From positions 51,708,001 through 51,772,000 of the forward strand of contig OX597831.1 in assembly GCA_951406725.2 (NCBI GenBank): a stretch of 64,000 nucleotides of DNA, read 5' to 3'. Below, piece by piece: positions 39,741 to 53,410 of this stretch. A program made the position numbers and the translations under genes. Position 1 is the first letter of the stretch. Each line of letters starts with the position of its first letter. Source of the stretch: Octopus vulgaris (Eukaryota). Below the pieces are notes generated by a model. It was given only the letters and a program-made list of their open reading frames with translations. It did no database searches and was not told where the DNA came from.

Positions 39741-39964
39741 TATAAGGGGATGCTGAAAAGTTCCTGGCTTTGGGCAAAAGAAAATACAAGAAGACCAGTT
39801 AATTATGATTTTACTCAGCATATTTCCCCCTCACTCTCAAATTCACACACTTATTACAGCGGTCCTTCATTTTTTTTCTGAACCCGGTAAAAGAACTCGA
39901 AAGGTCGCGCTTACAACCAGGCCTTTCGTGATACCCTTAAAGCCAGACACTTTTCAACACTCCC

Positions 39965-39969
<5 letters not shown>
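39741..39969 (-). mobile_element. mariner-derived MITE (same family as 36656)
   Basis: Both TIRs present, TA flanks. A truncated third copy lies at 40256-40453. Confidence 0.75.
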
Positions 39970-40036
<67 letters not shown>

Positions 40037-40038
<2 letters not shown>

Positions 40039-40238
40039 CCGCGTGTGTATCGTTGGCGATTTTCTTTCTCCGTCTTCCCTTTCTTGAACCTTTCTTTTTT
40101 CCATGTTTCTGACGAAGAGCTCCGCTCGAAACGTTAAGTTCTCCTTCTTCCTTTCCTTTCCTGAGCGTCCAATAACACTATACTTGTTCCACGTCTTCGC
40201 GTTGTTGTGTTTTCTCTTTGTTCATGTTTGGAGTAACT
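40037..40238 (+). mobile_element. Family E hammerhead-bearing element
   Basis: Reverse complement of 13663-13845; lies between (TG)n and (TA)n. Confidence 0.8.
40105..40139 (+). ncRNA. Minimal type I hammerhead motif
   Basis: gtttCTGACGAa-GAGC-tcc-GCTC-GAAACGTT^aagt (core 40109-40115, GAAAC 40128-40132). Confidence 0.75.
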
Positions 40239-40554
40239 ATATATATATATATATATGACTTTGGGTAAAAGATAATACAGGAGGATCAGTTAATTATGGT
40301 TTTATTCAACGTATTCCTCTCTCAGATTCACTCACTTATTGCAGTGGTCCTTCAGTTTTTGTAAGCTCTGTAAAAGAAGTCGGAGGGTTGGCCCTCCAGC
40401 CAGGCCTCTCGCGATACCCTTACAGCCTAGGAACTTTTAACCACCCCTTCGTATACTATCAACATATTATTTACGATGACATAAAGTGGAAAAAGTAAAA
40501 GAAAAAGCAAAATAAAAAAATCAAGGATTCTATGTTTATCAAAAAAAATCCTTT

Positions 40555-41190
40555 TTACAATAGCCACGAGGGTTGAAATTTTGAAGGAGGGCGCTATTCG
40601 ATTACATCGAGCCTATTGCTCAACTGGCACTTATTTTATCGACCTCGAAAGACAAAGTCAGTATTTGAACTCAGAATGTAAAGCTAGAAGAAGCGCCACC
40701 GCGTATTTTGCCCGACATGGCATCGATTCTGTCAGCATCCCGCCTTGTTATTAGACTGCAATAAAGAAAGTATTCAATTATGGAAGCGTTAGGGAACCGA
40801 AGTTCAAGGACTAACTGGTCTTTATTCTTTCAATCTTTTACTTGTTTCATTCAGTTGACTGCGGCCATGCTGGAGCACTGACTTTAGTCGAACAAATCGA
40901 CCCCAGGACTTATTCTATCGGGACCTTTTGTCGAACTGCTAAGTTACGGAGACGTAAACACACCGACATCGGTTGTAAAGCGATAGTGGGGGTACAAACA
41001 CACACACACACGCGACCACACACATACGACGGGCTTTCTTCAGTTTCCTTTTACCAAATCTACTCACATGGCTTTGGTCAGCCCGAGGCTGTAGTTGACA
41101 ACACTTGGTCAAGGTACCACACTATGTGACTGAACCCAAAACCATGTGGTTGGGAAGCAAGCTACTTACCACGCAGCCTCTCCTGCGCCT
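40555..41190 (-). mobile_element. Degenerate SINE B (40555-40746) and SINE A (40835-41190)
   Basis: Recognisable blocks of both families. Confidence 0.75.
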
Positions 41191-42651
41191 ATTTCGGGAA
41201 TTTTTCCATTGCGGGTTCTGTAATACGAAACATTTTCTAATTGATATCCATATTCATTGACACCTATGTAACACGTTACGGCAAAATTTCAAAGCTGCAT
41301 TACTTTCCGCAACGCGAGTACGCCTTATTCATAGAAAATCATTTTTCACTTTCTATGTACCGATTCCAAAGGTTCGTCGAAGTTCACTCGTAAGCATGGG
41401 TTAGATTTTTTTAGGGATTTTTTTTAAAATTCTGGGTCTTCCATTAAAAAGGTATACAACCAAGAAGCGAAGGTCTTCATATTTCCGTATTTAAAGAATG
41501 AATGTAAATTGACGGGACCCACGTTTTACAGTTGCAGTTCTTGCTGTTGTTTAGCTCGGGGTCAGCCCTTATAAAAGGTAATCCCAGCAGTCATTTTAAA
41601 CATCAAGAACCAAAACATTTGGGTGTAATTTGAGGGGTATTTGGTTATTGTTTCTAGCAGGTCGAACGATTGCGCAAAAGGTCCTCATTGTTTCTCATGT
41701 TATACAGTAGTGCCTGTTGATGTTAACGATGTTGTTGTCGGTGGTGAAGGAGGTGACATTGCTGTCGTTGTTGTTATTGTTATGCTTTTTCTTTTTCTTT
41801 TTCTTTTCCTTCTTCATCTTTTTCCCTTTTTTCGTTTTTTGTCCCCTTCATCTTCCCTTCCCGCACCGAGCTCTTGTTCCTCGTCTTTTTTGCTACGCCT
41901 CAAACGTCTTTTATTATTATTATTTATGTTATTCCTCGCCCCCTCTTTTATCCCCCTTCGTCCACCATCATCACGGTCGTTATTTTTAAAACCACCACCG
42001 CCACCGCCACTGCCGCCACCGCCGCAACCACCACTTTTACCACCACCACCACCACCACCACAATCCCCACCACCGCCGCCGTCGCCGACACCATCACTGC
42101 CACGTTCATCCTCATCATTGCTGTCGTCATCATGGTTCTTGTACGGATGACGATTATGATGCTGATAACGACGACAATAACGACAATGATGATAATAACA
42201 GTGATGATGATGACAACGACGATGACGACGATGCTAGTGGTGACACTGATGATGATTACGATGACTGATGGTGGTGGTGGTGGTGGTGATGCTGGAAATG
42301 TTGATGAGGGTTACGATAAGCGTGGTTACTGGTAAGGTGGCAAAGTAATGATGATGTTGAACTGTCTATACAGCGTGTGTTTATCTCCATCCGCGCGCGC
42401 ACGTGCGTTGTATTGAAAACACGACTCTGCCCTACTTTTTCTCGTATTCATCAAATTTTTTTTATACACTTTCTTTTGAATTCCCTGCAGTTTTTTTTTT
42501 TTGGAATAGTAAAGTTCCAAAATTTAGCATCGGCAGTTCTTGACCATAATTGTCTCATCTTCCGAATGAAGTGATGTTGGTGTGTGTTTGTTGCCTCAAA
42601 CACACGCAGGATCAATATAATCACGAATGTGTGTAGCCTAATGGTTAGAGT

Positions 42652-42835
42652 CAGGGCTGTCTTAGCAGCAGATTTATAGACTCACCCCAGGTAAATCAAT
42701 GCACTGGTCACTATAATATTGATTTATTTACAGTAAGTCACAACATACACAGATCGGAACCGGGCTCCTAGACCTATGAGGGCCCCCGAGCAATTGCGCA
42801 ATTGCCCAGTGTGCCTAAGCCTTACGACAGTGCTG
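42652..42835. mobile_element. hAT-like MITE inserted in a SINE D head
   Basis: Termini CAGGGCTGTCTTAG ... TTACGACAGTGCTG with TSD gttagagt/gttaaaat. Confidence 0.65.
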
Positions 42836-42955
42836 GTTAAAATGTTGCACTCATGATCGCGAGACTTTGTTCTCAATTTCCGTTGTGCGTTGTGTTTCTC
42901 AGCAAAACACTTTGTCTCACCTTACTCAGCAATCACTTCGACATATACATAAAGA

Positions 42956-43040
<85 letters not shown>

Positions 43041-43171
43041 GAGATAAATAGATAAATAAAGGCTTTGGTTGGCCCGAGGCTATTGTAGAAGATACCACGC
43101 AGTGGGACTGAACCCGGAACCATCTGGTTCGTAATGCAAGCTACTTACCACACAGCCACTCCTGCGCCTAA

Positions 43172-43668
43172 GGACCAGACGGTCAATCGAGAGTTCTTCT
43201 ACAACGTTTTGAAGCATTTGAGGGAGGACATTCGGTGAAAGCGACCGGATCTGTAGAGCGCGAAGAATTCAATTCTTCACGACGATAATGCACCCTGTCA
43301 ACGAGCTCTCCTCATTCGCGAGTTTCTCGTCCAAAACAACATGGTATCGCTTCCACACCCACCCTATTCACCAGTTTTAGTACCTGTGGACTTCCGTCTC
43401 TTCCCCAAGATGAAAATGCAGCTCAAAGATCGCCGTTCTAACACTATTGTCGAGATCAAAAGCGAATCGCAGAAGGTCCTCGACTCGCTTATGGAAAACG
43501 ACTTCCAAAACGGATTCCAAAACTGGCAGAGATGCTGGCACCGTGTGTGTTGTTGCGCAAGGTGACTATTTCGAAGGAGATGATGTTAAAACTTAGGTAA
43601 ATAAGTTATATTTTATTAAACATAACTTGTCCTAACCCTAACCCTAACCCTTTTGATATCACCTCTTA
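43172..43668 (+). pseudogene. mariner transposase 3' half with right TIR
   Basis: QTVNREFFYNVLKHLREDIR*KRPDL...ILHDDNAPC...LPHPPYSPVLVPVDFRLFPKMK...QGDYFEGD, followed by TIR-like ttttgatatcacctctta. Confidence 0.9.
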
Positions 43669-43758
43669 CATACATGCATACATACATACATACATACATA
43701 CATACATACATACATACATACATACATACATACATACATACATACATACATACATGTA

Positions 43759-44162
43759 GGCGTAGGAGTGGCTGTGTGGTAAGTAGCTTGCTTACCAACC
43801 ACATGGTTCCGGGTTCAGTCCCACCGCGTGGCACCTTGGGCAAGTGTCTTCCACTATAGCCTCGGGCCGACCAAAGCCTTGTGAGTGGATTTGGTAGACG
43901 GAAACTGAAAGAAGCCCGTCGTATATAGGTATGTATATGTGTGTGTGTGTGTATTTTTGTGTCTCTGTTTGTCCTTCAGTATCGCTTGACAACCGATGCT
44001 GGTGTGTTTACGTCCCCGTAACTTAGCGGTTCGGCAAAAGAAACCGATAGAATAAGTATTAGGCTTCCAAAGAATAAGTCCTGGGGTCGATTTGCTCGAC
44101 TAAAAGGCGGTGCTCCGGCATGGCCACAGTCAAATGACTGAAACAAGTAAAAGAGTAAGAGT
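43759..44162 (+). mobile_element. SINE A in (TACA)n
   Basis: Family A sequence. Confidence 0.9.
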
Positions 44163-44717
44163 ATACATACATACATACATACATACATACATACATACAT
44201 ACATACATACATACATACATAAGAATATGATATATTCCCAAAATTCTTCATCTGAGATTCTTATGTGGATAGATGCACACCCTTGGGTGTATTCATCGTC
44301 AATTCAACCAATGTACCAACTCAATCACATATGTACTAACACCGGGAACTCTCTTAATTCAAAAAGTCTTGTTGTTTTGTTACTGACCGGCTTGAATACT
44401 CTGAAGAACTTAAATTAAACTCAAAGAAAAAATTACATATAAAAAAATAAACTCAAGCAAAAAACATTCACACTCACACCCACACTTGCATATACAAGGA
44501 TAAAACATCCTTCTTGAGCCCTGTGGGCTCATAAGGGCCGCTTTACAGGTTTCCGTGCCAGAATCACTAATTTTTTTCAGCTGAGTGAATTGAAGCCAAC
44601 GTGTTGCTCGGTCCAGGAATTGAAACCGCAATCTTACAATTGCAAGTCCAACATCTTAACCACTAGGTCACACGCTTCCACAGATACACGCACACACACG
44701 CACCCTGCACATATATG

Positions 44718-44910
44718 TACGCCATGATAGATCGTTAGCGACTACACACATTTTTTTCTCTCCTTGTTTTCTGTGTCCCTTTCTGTAGAAGAGCGTAGGC
44801 TCGAAACGTAAAAGACTTTTTCTATTTCTGAGCGTTATACTAATACATCTGTTTGTTTTGTACACCACCTGTCTTCGTCTTTTGTTGTTTTTTTCGTAAA
44901 CTCTCCCATA
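44718..44910 (+). mobile_element. Family F element with variant hammerhead (44779-44814)
   Basis: ctttCTGTAGAa-GAGC-gtag-GCTC-GAAACGTA^aaag; downstream ctgagcg block shared with family E; ends at (TA)n. Confidence 0.7.
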
Positions 44911-44959
44911 TATATATGTATATATATATATATATATACATATATATATACACACACAA

Positions 44960-45030
<71 letters not shown>

Positions 45031-45060
45031 ACACATATATATATATATACATATAGCTGT

Positions 45061-45092
<32 letters not shown>

Positions 45093-45793
45093 CATATAGC
45101 TGTAAGCATGTGTGTGTCTGTGTGTTTGTGTGTGCGTGCGTGTGTGTGTGTGAGTGAGTAAGCTGTATGGAAAACGATTTGGAGTAGTACTGCTTGACAT
45201 GTAACCATATCCAAGATCGTGTGTTCATTCCGAAACTATTACATCGTGATAGAGTCATTGATATCCGTTTAAATTCCACTTATATCGTCGTATTAGCCTT
45301 CACTGCCTGTCAGGAATGTATTACGATGCAAGCCTTTTTTTCATTCTGTTCCTCATTAAATACTTGTATCACTTTTCTCTAGCCTGTGGATGCTGGCACC
45401 ACAGACCTCCCATAACAATATTGTTATTTTTTTTTATGGTTGCAGTTCGATGTGTAATTGTATAACCATGGTCGTCCAAAGACTATCAAATTCACGTGCA
45501 ATTACGCGCATTCACGCGAACATGTATACGATTTCAGGCACACACACACAGTCACACACACAAATACACACATACACGCACGCACATACATGCATGCGTA
45601 TTGGTGCTAACACACAAGCACATACACACATATAGATACGTCTATACACACGCACATATATAGGCAAGTTCACATGCATCTACGCAAGCACATATAGAAG
45701 CAATTTCGATCGCACACATACATGTATACAGTTTACATCCACACACACAAACATACTCACACACACATGTATATGTATGTATGTTTATGCATG

Positions 45794-45972
<179 letters not shown>

Positions 45973-45992
45973 GTATATGTATATATATATGT

Positions 45993-46100
<108 letters not shown>

Positions 46101-46214
46101 GATGTGTGTGTGTGTGTATATATATATATATAGCGTACAGGCACACTCACATACACACGTACCCATGTATGCACACACAGATACACATAAATATGCAAAC
46201 AAGCATAAAGACAC

Positions 46215-46253
<39 letters not shown>

Positions 46254-46854
46254 TACATACACACAAACACACACACACACACACGCGCATATATTACCCC
46301 ACACTACACTCAAAGAAAAAAATACATATAAAAAATGCACACACAGTCTCATACACTAAGATATTTACATATGCACCCCTCCCCCATCCCCACCCCACCT
46401 CCGCACCACCGTTCCCCCTACACATGCACGCTCGCACACTCATGTACGCACACCCACACTCGTACAGGCGCCTCTCAACACACACACACACACGCACACA
46501 CACGCACAAACGCATGCACACACACACACACACACATGTGATGTGTACAAATATTTACATTAAAACATGTGTGTCAAACTTGAGACTGTCAAAGAGTCTG
46601 GTTCTGTGTTTGTAATCTAAACAAACCCTTGCCTCTTGTTACTATTTACTATCGTCGTAGAGTTTTGTGGTGGTGGTGGCGGTAGTAGTGCTGGTGGTAG
46701 TGGTGATGGTGCTTCTGTCGGTACTGAAGTTGTTGTTGGTTGGTAGAAGTGATGGTGTGGCCCCCGCATACGCAGCGGCTTTGTGGGTTTTAGATGAATG
46801 TGCTTCAGGTATAGCGGGGTGTTGTTAAGCATTGTTTTCTTGAATATGTATATC

Positions 46855-47063
46855 GGTTTCAAATTTTGGCACAAGGCCAGCAATTTCGTGAGAGGAGATA
46901 AGTCAATCATATCGACCCCATTGTTTAACTAGTACTTATCTTATCAATCTGAAAGGGTAAAAAGCAAAGTCGACCTCGGCAGAATTTGAACTCAGACCAT
47001 AAAAAGCATGAAATGCCGCTAATCATTTTGCCCGGCACGCTAACAATTCTGCCAGCTCGCCGC
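46855..47063 (-). mobile_element. SINE B
   Basis: Family B blocks on the minus strand. Confidence 0.8.
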
Positions 47064-47070
47064 TCTCTTG

Positions 47071-47139
<69 letters not shown>

Positions 47140-47152
47140 TGTCTGTCTGTCT

Positions 47153-47267
<115 letters not shown>

Positions 47268-47268
47268 G

Positions 47269-47309
<41 letters not shown>

Positions 47310-47316
<7 letters not shown>

Positions 47317-47510
47317 ATCCAAACATGAACAAAGAGAAAACACAACAACGCGAGGACGTGGAACAAATATGGTGTTATTGGACGCTCAGGAAAGGAAAGA
47401 AAGAAGGAGGACCTAACGTTTCGAGCGGAGCTCTTCGTCAGAAGCATAGAAAAAGGAAAGGTTCAAGGAAGGGAAGACGGAGAAAGAAAATCGCCAATGA
47501 TACACTTTGA
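47310..47510 (-). mobile_element. Family E hammerhead-bearing element (HHR 47411-47445)
   Basis: Minus strand gcttCTGACGAa-GAGC-tcc-GCTC-GAAACGTT^aggt; abuts (TA)n. Confidence 0.8.
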
Positions 47511-47599
47511 TTGTGTATTTGTACTGATAAGGGCATAACCCCGTTGGAAAATAGTTTCGAGGTGTTTTTTAATGGAATCGTTATAGGTTTAATGTTAGG

Positions 47600-47890
47600 A
47601 GTTTAGGCTGCATGTATCTAACGCTTGGGTGAGAAAAGTTAAGTTAGAATTTAAGATAGTTCCATCTACATAGGAATAAGTGTTGTTGGGAATGATGACA
47701 TGCATGTTGATGAAGTATTGAAAGCAGTGTACGGGAGACAAAACGGAACCTTGGAGAAAACCAGAATTGGTAGGAGTGAAAGAGAGTACTATCAGCACAA
47801 ACCCCGATGGTTAGAGCTCACAAGAAGTTTCCGATTCCAGATATGAGAAACGGTTGGAGCACGAAGATAGGCAGTTTAACTTGAAGATAT
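47600..47890 (-). pseudogene. Decayed LINE RT fragment
   Basis: SGFLQGSVLSP...FIN......SYVDGT resembles GVPQGSVLSP and YADD. Confidence 0.65.
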
Positions 47891-48333
47891 CTACAATAGA
47901 CACGAGTGCACCAATTTGTGTGTGTGTTTGTGGGATATTGAGGGTTATATTGATTCCGGCATTTGACTTGCATTTTATTGTAAAGATCCTTCAAGAATAA
48001 AGGAGGACAACTATCTATTTTCTACATTGCATTCAGAAGATAAAAAAAAAAAAATCCTACCGATTATGCCGTACCCAAAACTTCGATAATTTTATTTACC
48101 AATGGGACTCGTTGAAATATTACATATTATAAGAGTTTTTATGAATTTTATACGAATTCTTCTAAGTTTACCGATCTTTGCAACATTGCAACAATGTTGT
48201 TGAAAAAGTATTTCTTAGGAATGCAGGAAATGTTCAAGCGGTGTATAGATGAGTTTTCTTAATGATTTTGCAACGATGGTTGAAAGCCAAATATTTTTAG
48301 GGTACGGGATTATACATATATGTTTGTTTGTGC

Positions 48334-48406
<73 letters not shown>

Positions 48407-48721
48407 ACGCATTTATTAAATTAATGATTGTTACAGGACTAGTTCTACTTCCTTCTCTTCAAGAATTCGTCTGATTCTTGGATGATTTCTTAAAAGGAAG
48501 GAAACAGAACTGGTTCTGCCTGCAAAAGTCATTACTCCAACTTTAATAAATGAAAATATTTCTCTTCTGCTTTTTGTTAGGAGTGATTTGACTTTAATTG
48601 TGTTTCATTCTGTATTAAAAGGGGAAAAAAATAACAATTACACATACACGTACACACACATACATATATATATACATAGAACATACACACACACATTATG
48701 TATGTATGTGTGTACATACAC

Positions 48722-48814
<93 letters not shown>

Positions 48815-48823
48815 CCTACCTAC

Positions 48824-48861
<38 letters not shown>

Positions 48862-49384
48862 GTCTGTCTGTCTGTATGTCTGTCTGTCTGTCTGTCGGTC
48901 TGTCTGTCGGTCTATCTGTCGGTCTTTCTGTCTGTTTATCTGCCCGTCTATCTGTTCGTCTATCTGTCTGTCTGTCTGTCTGTCTGTCTAATATCTAAAG
49001 AAGATATACTGCGGTATTTGCATTGAGAAAGCAACTCTTATAGAAGTATCATATTTAAAAAAAAGCACTGAAATATTTTAGTACCAGAGGCAAAACTCCC
49101 AGCAGTGGTGGTGGTATGTATTAACACGTATTTCTGCTTCTTTGAGCGTCATTAGTAACGAACACCACTTACACACACTCACATACACACACATATGTAT
49201 GTATGAATGTATGTATAGTGTTTTGTAAATATAGTATTATAAGCAATAAAAAGGATAACATAGGAGGAGAATCAATGTTTGAGAAATAGGATATTAGATT
49301 AACGTTATAATGGAAAGAGGAAATGTTTTAACGTTCAGGCGTTAAAAAAGCAAGCATTGACGATGTGAGAAATAAATCGTCAGT

Positions 49385-49464
<80 letters not shown>

Positions 49465-49530
49465 CATACATACATACATACATACATACATACATACATA
49501 CATACATACATACATACATACATACATACA

Positions 49531-49954
49531 CACGCTGAAGTATTGAGAAATCTACAATTATTCTACCTAGATTACAAGTTTAGGTTTTTACCTGTATTTA
49601 TTGGGACACTGGGATATGTAACACACTGCCTAAGGACCGATCTTGAGAAATTAGGCTTCTCAAAACCAGAAAGGAGAAAGGTGATTCGAAGACTACAGAT
49701 CCATGCCATCACTGGAGCTGTGAAAAATCTGTAAAACTTTCCAGAAGTTTATCATTTAAGTATATATGAGCATGTCTAGACATGCAACTATATGTATGAG
49801 AATACATACATAAAACGAAACATATAAATCTGCACATATACATACATACAAAATTATCTTGTTGATGTTGAAATTCCAATGAAGGAATTTCGGATCTAAG
49901 TTAGAAGTCGGCTTTCTCTCTATTGTCAAGAAATCTTGAAACAAAACTGAATAA

Positions 49955-49955
<1 letters not shown>
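49531..49955 (+). pseudogene. R4/Dong-like element 3' end (second copy)
   Basis: LRNLQLFYLDYKFRFLPVFIGTLGYVTHCL..LEKLGFSKPERRK, homologous to 37990-38410 and with the same 3'UTR end. Confidence 0.85.
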
Positions 49956-50022
<67 letters not shown>

Positions 50023-51220
50023 ACACGCACGCACACACATATACACACACACATACACACACGCACGCACACACACGCACGCACACACACACACACACAT
50101 TAGCCGTCACTCGAAATCGGGAATTATTTGGTAGCATGCACGATACTTTCGCTAATCGATTTAAATGCCTAGAGAGACGCGAGCAGATACACACATCCAC
50201 TAGACTCTCCAGCTCTCGATCCAATGAAACGTCCAGGATCTACTACTTGGAGAGAGAGAGAGGGCTACTCTGGCACATGACTGGTACGCATTTCAGCTGA
50301 GTAAATTGAAGCCATGTGAAATGAAATGTCTTGCTCAAGAACACCGCGCGCCGTCCGGCTCAGGAATCGAATGCACGACCTTCTGATCATGACCTAACAA
50401 ACGGGAATTTTGAATCCCTTTGTGTTTGTTATTTGTTCTAGTGTGTCTGTTTGGTGTATTAGTATGTGTGTGCGCGCGCGTGCTTGTGTCTGCAAGGGGA
50501 CAGGCACATTCTGCCAGCTTTACTTCCAGTAATATTGGTGTATTTATTTTCTTTAAGCGGTGTACTAAGTTTCACTCCCACATCGTTGTTATTCAGCCTT
50601 AAGCTATTTTTCCGACCAATCCCTCAACTGCTGCCGCTGTTTTTATTGTTTAACCGCAAGTTAGTCCCGATGCATCTGGGACCACTTTATTCAATTTGCG
50701 CTTCTTATTTGTGAAAATGAGGTGTGGTTCGACGGAAACTTGACTGCTATTTCTTGTAGCTAGAACGACTGCATAGAGATGCCTACGCTGACTTGCTCAA
50801 GAATCATTTGCAGAGAAAGATGGAGGAGCTTTGTCCGAAATCTTATTGTTGTTGCTATTGTTTTTATACCCCCCAAGACAGTCCTGACGTATGGAGAAAA
50901 GCGTTGAAGCCGGGATTCTCGTCTTTATTTATACATAACCAGTTTATATATAACTCGTCTATATTTATATATAACTGGGGCTAAATTATCCTGAATACAC
51001 GTTTTTCCTATTTAAGATGGCATAGTTTGGTGGGGTTTCTGTTGATATTCCTTGTAGGCCAAGTGACCATGGTGAGACCTCGTTGGTGAGAGTAGCGAAC
51101 AGAAGCTTAGATAAGAGAATCAAATATTTAATTTCGTCTTGAGGTTTGAGGGAAGAGAACAGTCGTCGTGGTTTTGGAGTGCTCTGATAGTCGTTGAGTG
51201 GCTATCCTCGCAATGGGATA

Positions 51221-51604
51221 TCTCTCTATATATAAACGGCAGTTTGTCTGTGCGTGTTTCTGTGTGTCTGTTAGGTTGTACCCTCACCCTGACCACAGCT
51301 TTCAACCGATTCTGATGAAACTTGACACACACATAGCCCAATGTCATAATTCAAAACTAACGCAGCGAAAATTTTGAAAAGTTCCCCCAGTTCTGAAAAA
51401 AATCGATAAATTCGACATGGGGTCGAGAATCAGAAACACAAACCGCAAACTGTCTAGGGGACGCAACTCCACCTTTTTTTACTCTCAAAAAAAATTTACC
51501 ATAATTTTTTTCCATTTTTTTGCTATTTTTTGGCTATAACTCTCTAAAAATGCTTTATAGTTATTTCCCTTACAAACCTGAGCAACGCCGGGCGATACTG
51601 CTAG
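51221..51604 (+). mobile_element. Non-autonomous Helitron
   Basis: A|TCTCTCTATATATAAAC ... CCTGAGCAACGCCGGGCGATACTGCTAG|T. Confidence 0.8.
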
Positions 51605-51769
51605 TAAGTAATATTTTTCATATATTATTTGCTTGTTTCCAGTGTTATTCCCTGTCACTCTCCATCTAAATCTTACATCGTTCTTTTGTGCGTTATAATA
51701 TACCCTTTCTTCATTCGATACCATTGTAGCAATGAAATAAACAGACGATTATCAGAATCGTTTGAGTGC

Positions 51770-51885
51770 TGATCAGAGTCGTGAGATCAGAATCGTTAGA
51801 TCAGAGTCGTTAGATCAGAGTCGTTAGATCAGAATCGTTAGATCAATCGTTAGATCAGAATCGTCGATCAGAAACGTCGATCAAA
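51770..51885. repeat. ~14-bp tandem repeat (tagatcagartcgt), about 8 copies
   Basis: Seen directly. Confidence 0.85.
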
Positions 51886-52346
51886 ATGATTTGCAGTTTA
51901 TTGCTTTCAAATCCAGCCAAGGTCATCTTTGTCTTTGATATTTTCGATAAAAGGAAATACGAAATACAGGAATCGTTTGATCGAAGAAAATACATGATTT
52001 AAAAGGTATGAAATACACTGAGTGTAATTCTGTAAAACATGGATGCAAGAGTACTAGGTAGATCGAGTTAGACGTAATGTACTTCGTATTTGCCCTCCAA
52101 CGAATCAGATTCTTTCGCCCCAATAGAATAAACACCAGACTTTAAAAAAAACAAAACAAAAGTAAAAACGAACTGTAAGTATCAGGGTCGATTTGTTCGA
52201 CTAAAACCCTTCAAAGTGGAGCCCCAGCATGGCCGTAGTCCACTGACTGTAACAAGTAAAATAACACACACACACGTGCGCGCGCACACAAGTAAGGACA
52301 AATGCTGTAATGAATTGACACCTGCACCTCTTTATTACTCGTATTT

Positions 52347-52445
<99 letters not shown>

Positions 52446-52959
52446 TGTATGTGTGAGTGTTTGTGTGTGCATACACGTATGTATGTGCATATGTGTGTAT
52501 GCGTTTTGTGTGTACGTGTGTGTCTGCATGCATGTATGTATGTATATGTGTATGTGTGTGTCTGCATATATGTATGTATATGCGTTTGTGTGTGTGTTTG
52601 TGTATGTGTGTGCACGCGCACGAGCATGCGTTTCTGTGCGTGTGTGCGCGCGCATGTGCATGTTGTGTGTGTGTGTGTGTGTGTGTAAATAATAACGATG
52701 CTTTTTAACTTAGGCACGTGAGCAGATATTTTAGGAACGGGCATAATCAATTAAGATCGACCCCGCTAGTTGACGGGTACGTATTTTAACGAGCCCGGAG
52801 GGAAGAAGTGTAAATATTGACAACAAAAACAACAATAACAACAGCGCACACTTAACACCTCAGTTCTCATCAACCTTATTATCTCTCGCTCTCTCCTTAG
52901 GGAGATATAACTTCCGCAAATAAAAGATAATCCCTTAATAACTGATAACACCGTCAGCA

Positions 52960-53410
52960 CCACCACAACCACAAGCATCATTTACCACTACCAGAACTAC
53001 CTCCGCTACCACTTCCACCATTCCACTGTCGCTACTACTACCGCCGCAGCCACCGTTATCGCTACCACTGCCTCCACCACCGCAAACTACCCACCACCAC
53101 CACCACCATCACCACCGCAAACTACCCACCACCACCACCACCATCACCACCGCAAACCATCCACCACCACCACCACCACCACCGACCAACATTGTCACCA
53201 CCATCACCACTGTCACCACCAGCACCACCACTGCCACCAGCACCAGCACCAGCACCAGCACCATCACCATCACCACCACCACCAACAACAACAGCAGCAA
53301 CAACAACAATCACAACAACAATCACAACCACGACCATCACAATCATCAATCACCATCTTCGCTGCCACCGCCGCCGCCGCCTCCACAGCCACCACCACCA
53401 CCACCACCGC
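52960..53410. repeat. (ACC)n/(AAC)n low-complexity tract
   Basis: Seen directly; a similar tract lies at 41990-42290. Confidence 0.9.

Noticed and set aside
41641-42335. Pro-rich/Thr-rich ORFs (also 53109-53455 and 20404-20750)
   Set aside because: They come from (ACC)n/(GAT)n trinucleotide tracts, open in several frames on both strands.
49860-49925. HHR-like ccaatgaagg...gaa in the R4-like 3'UTR
   Set aside because: The core is non-canonical, stems are unconvincing and the motif is not preserved in the other copy.
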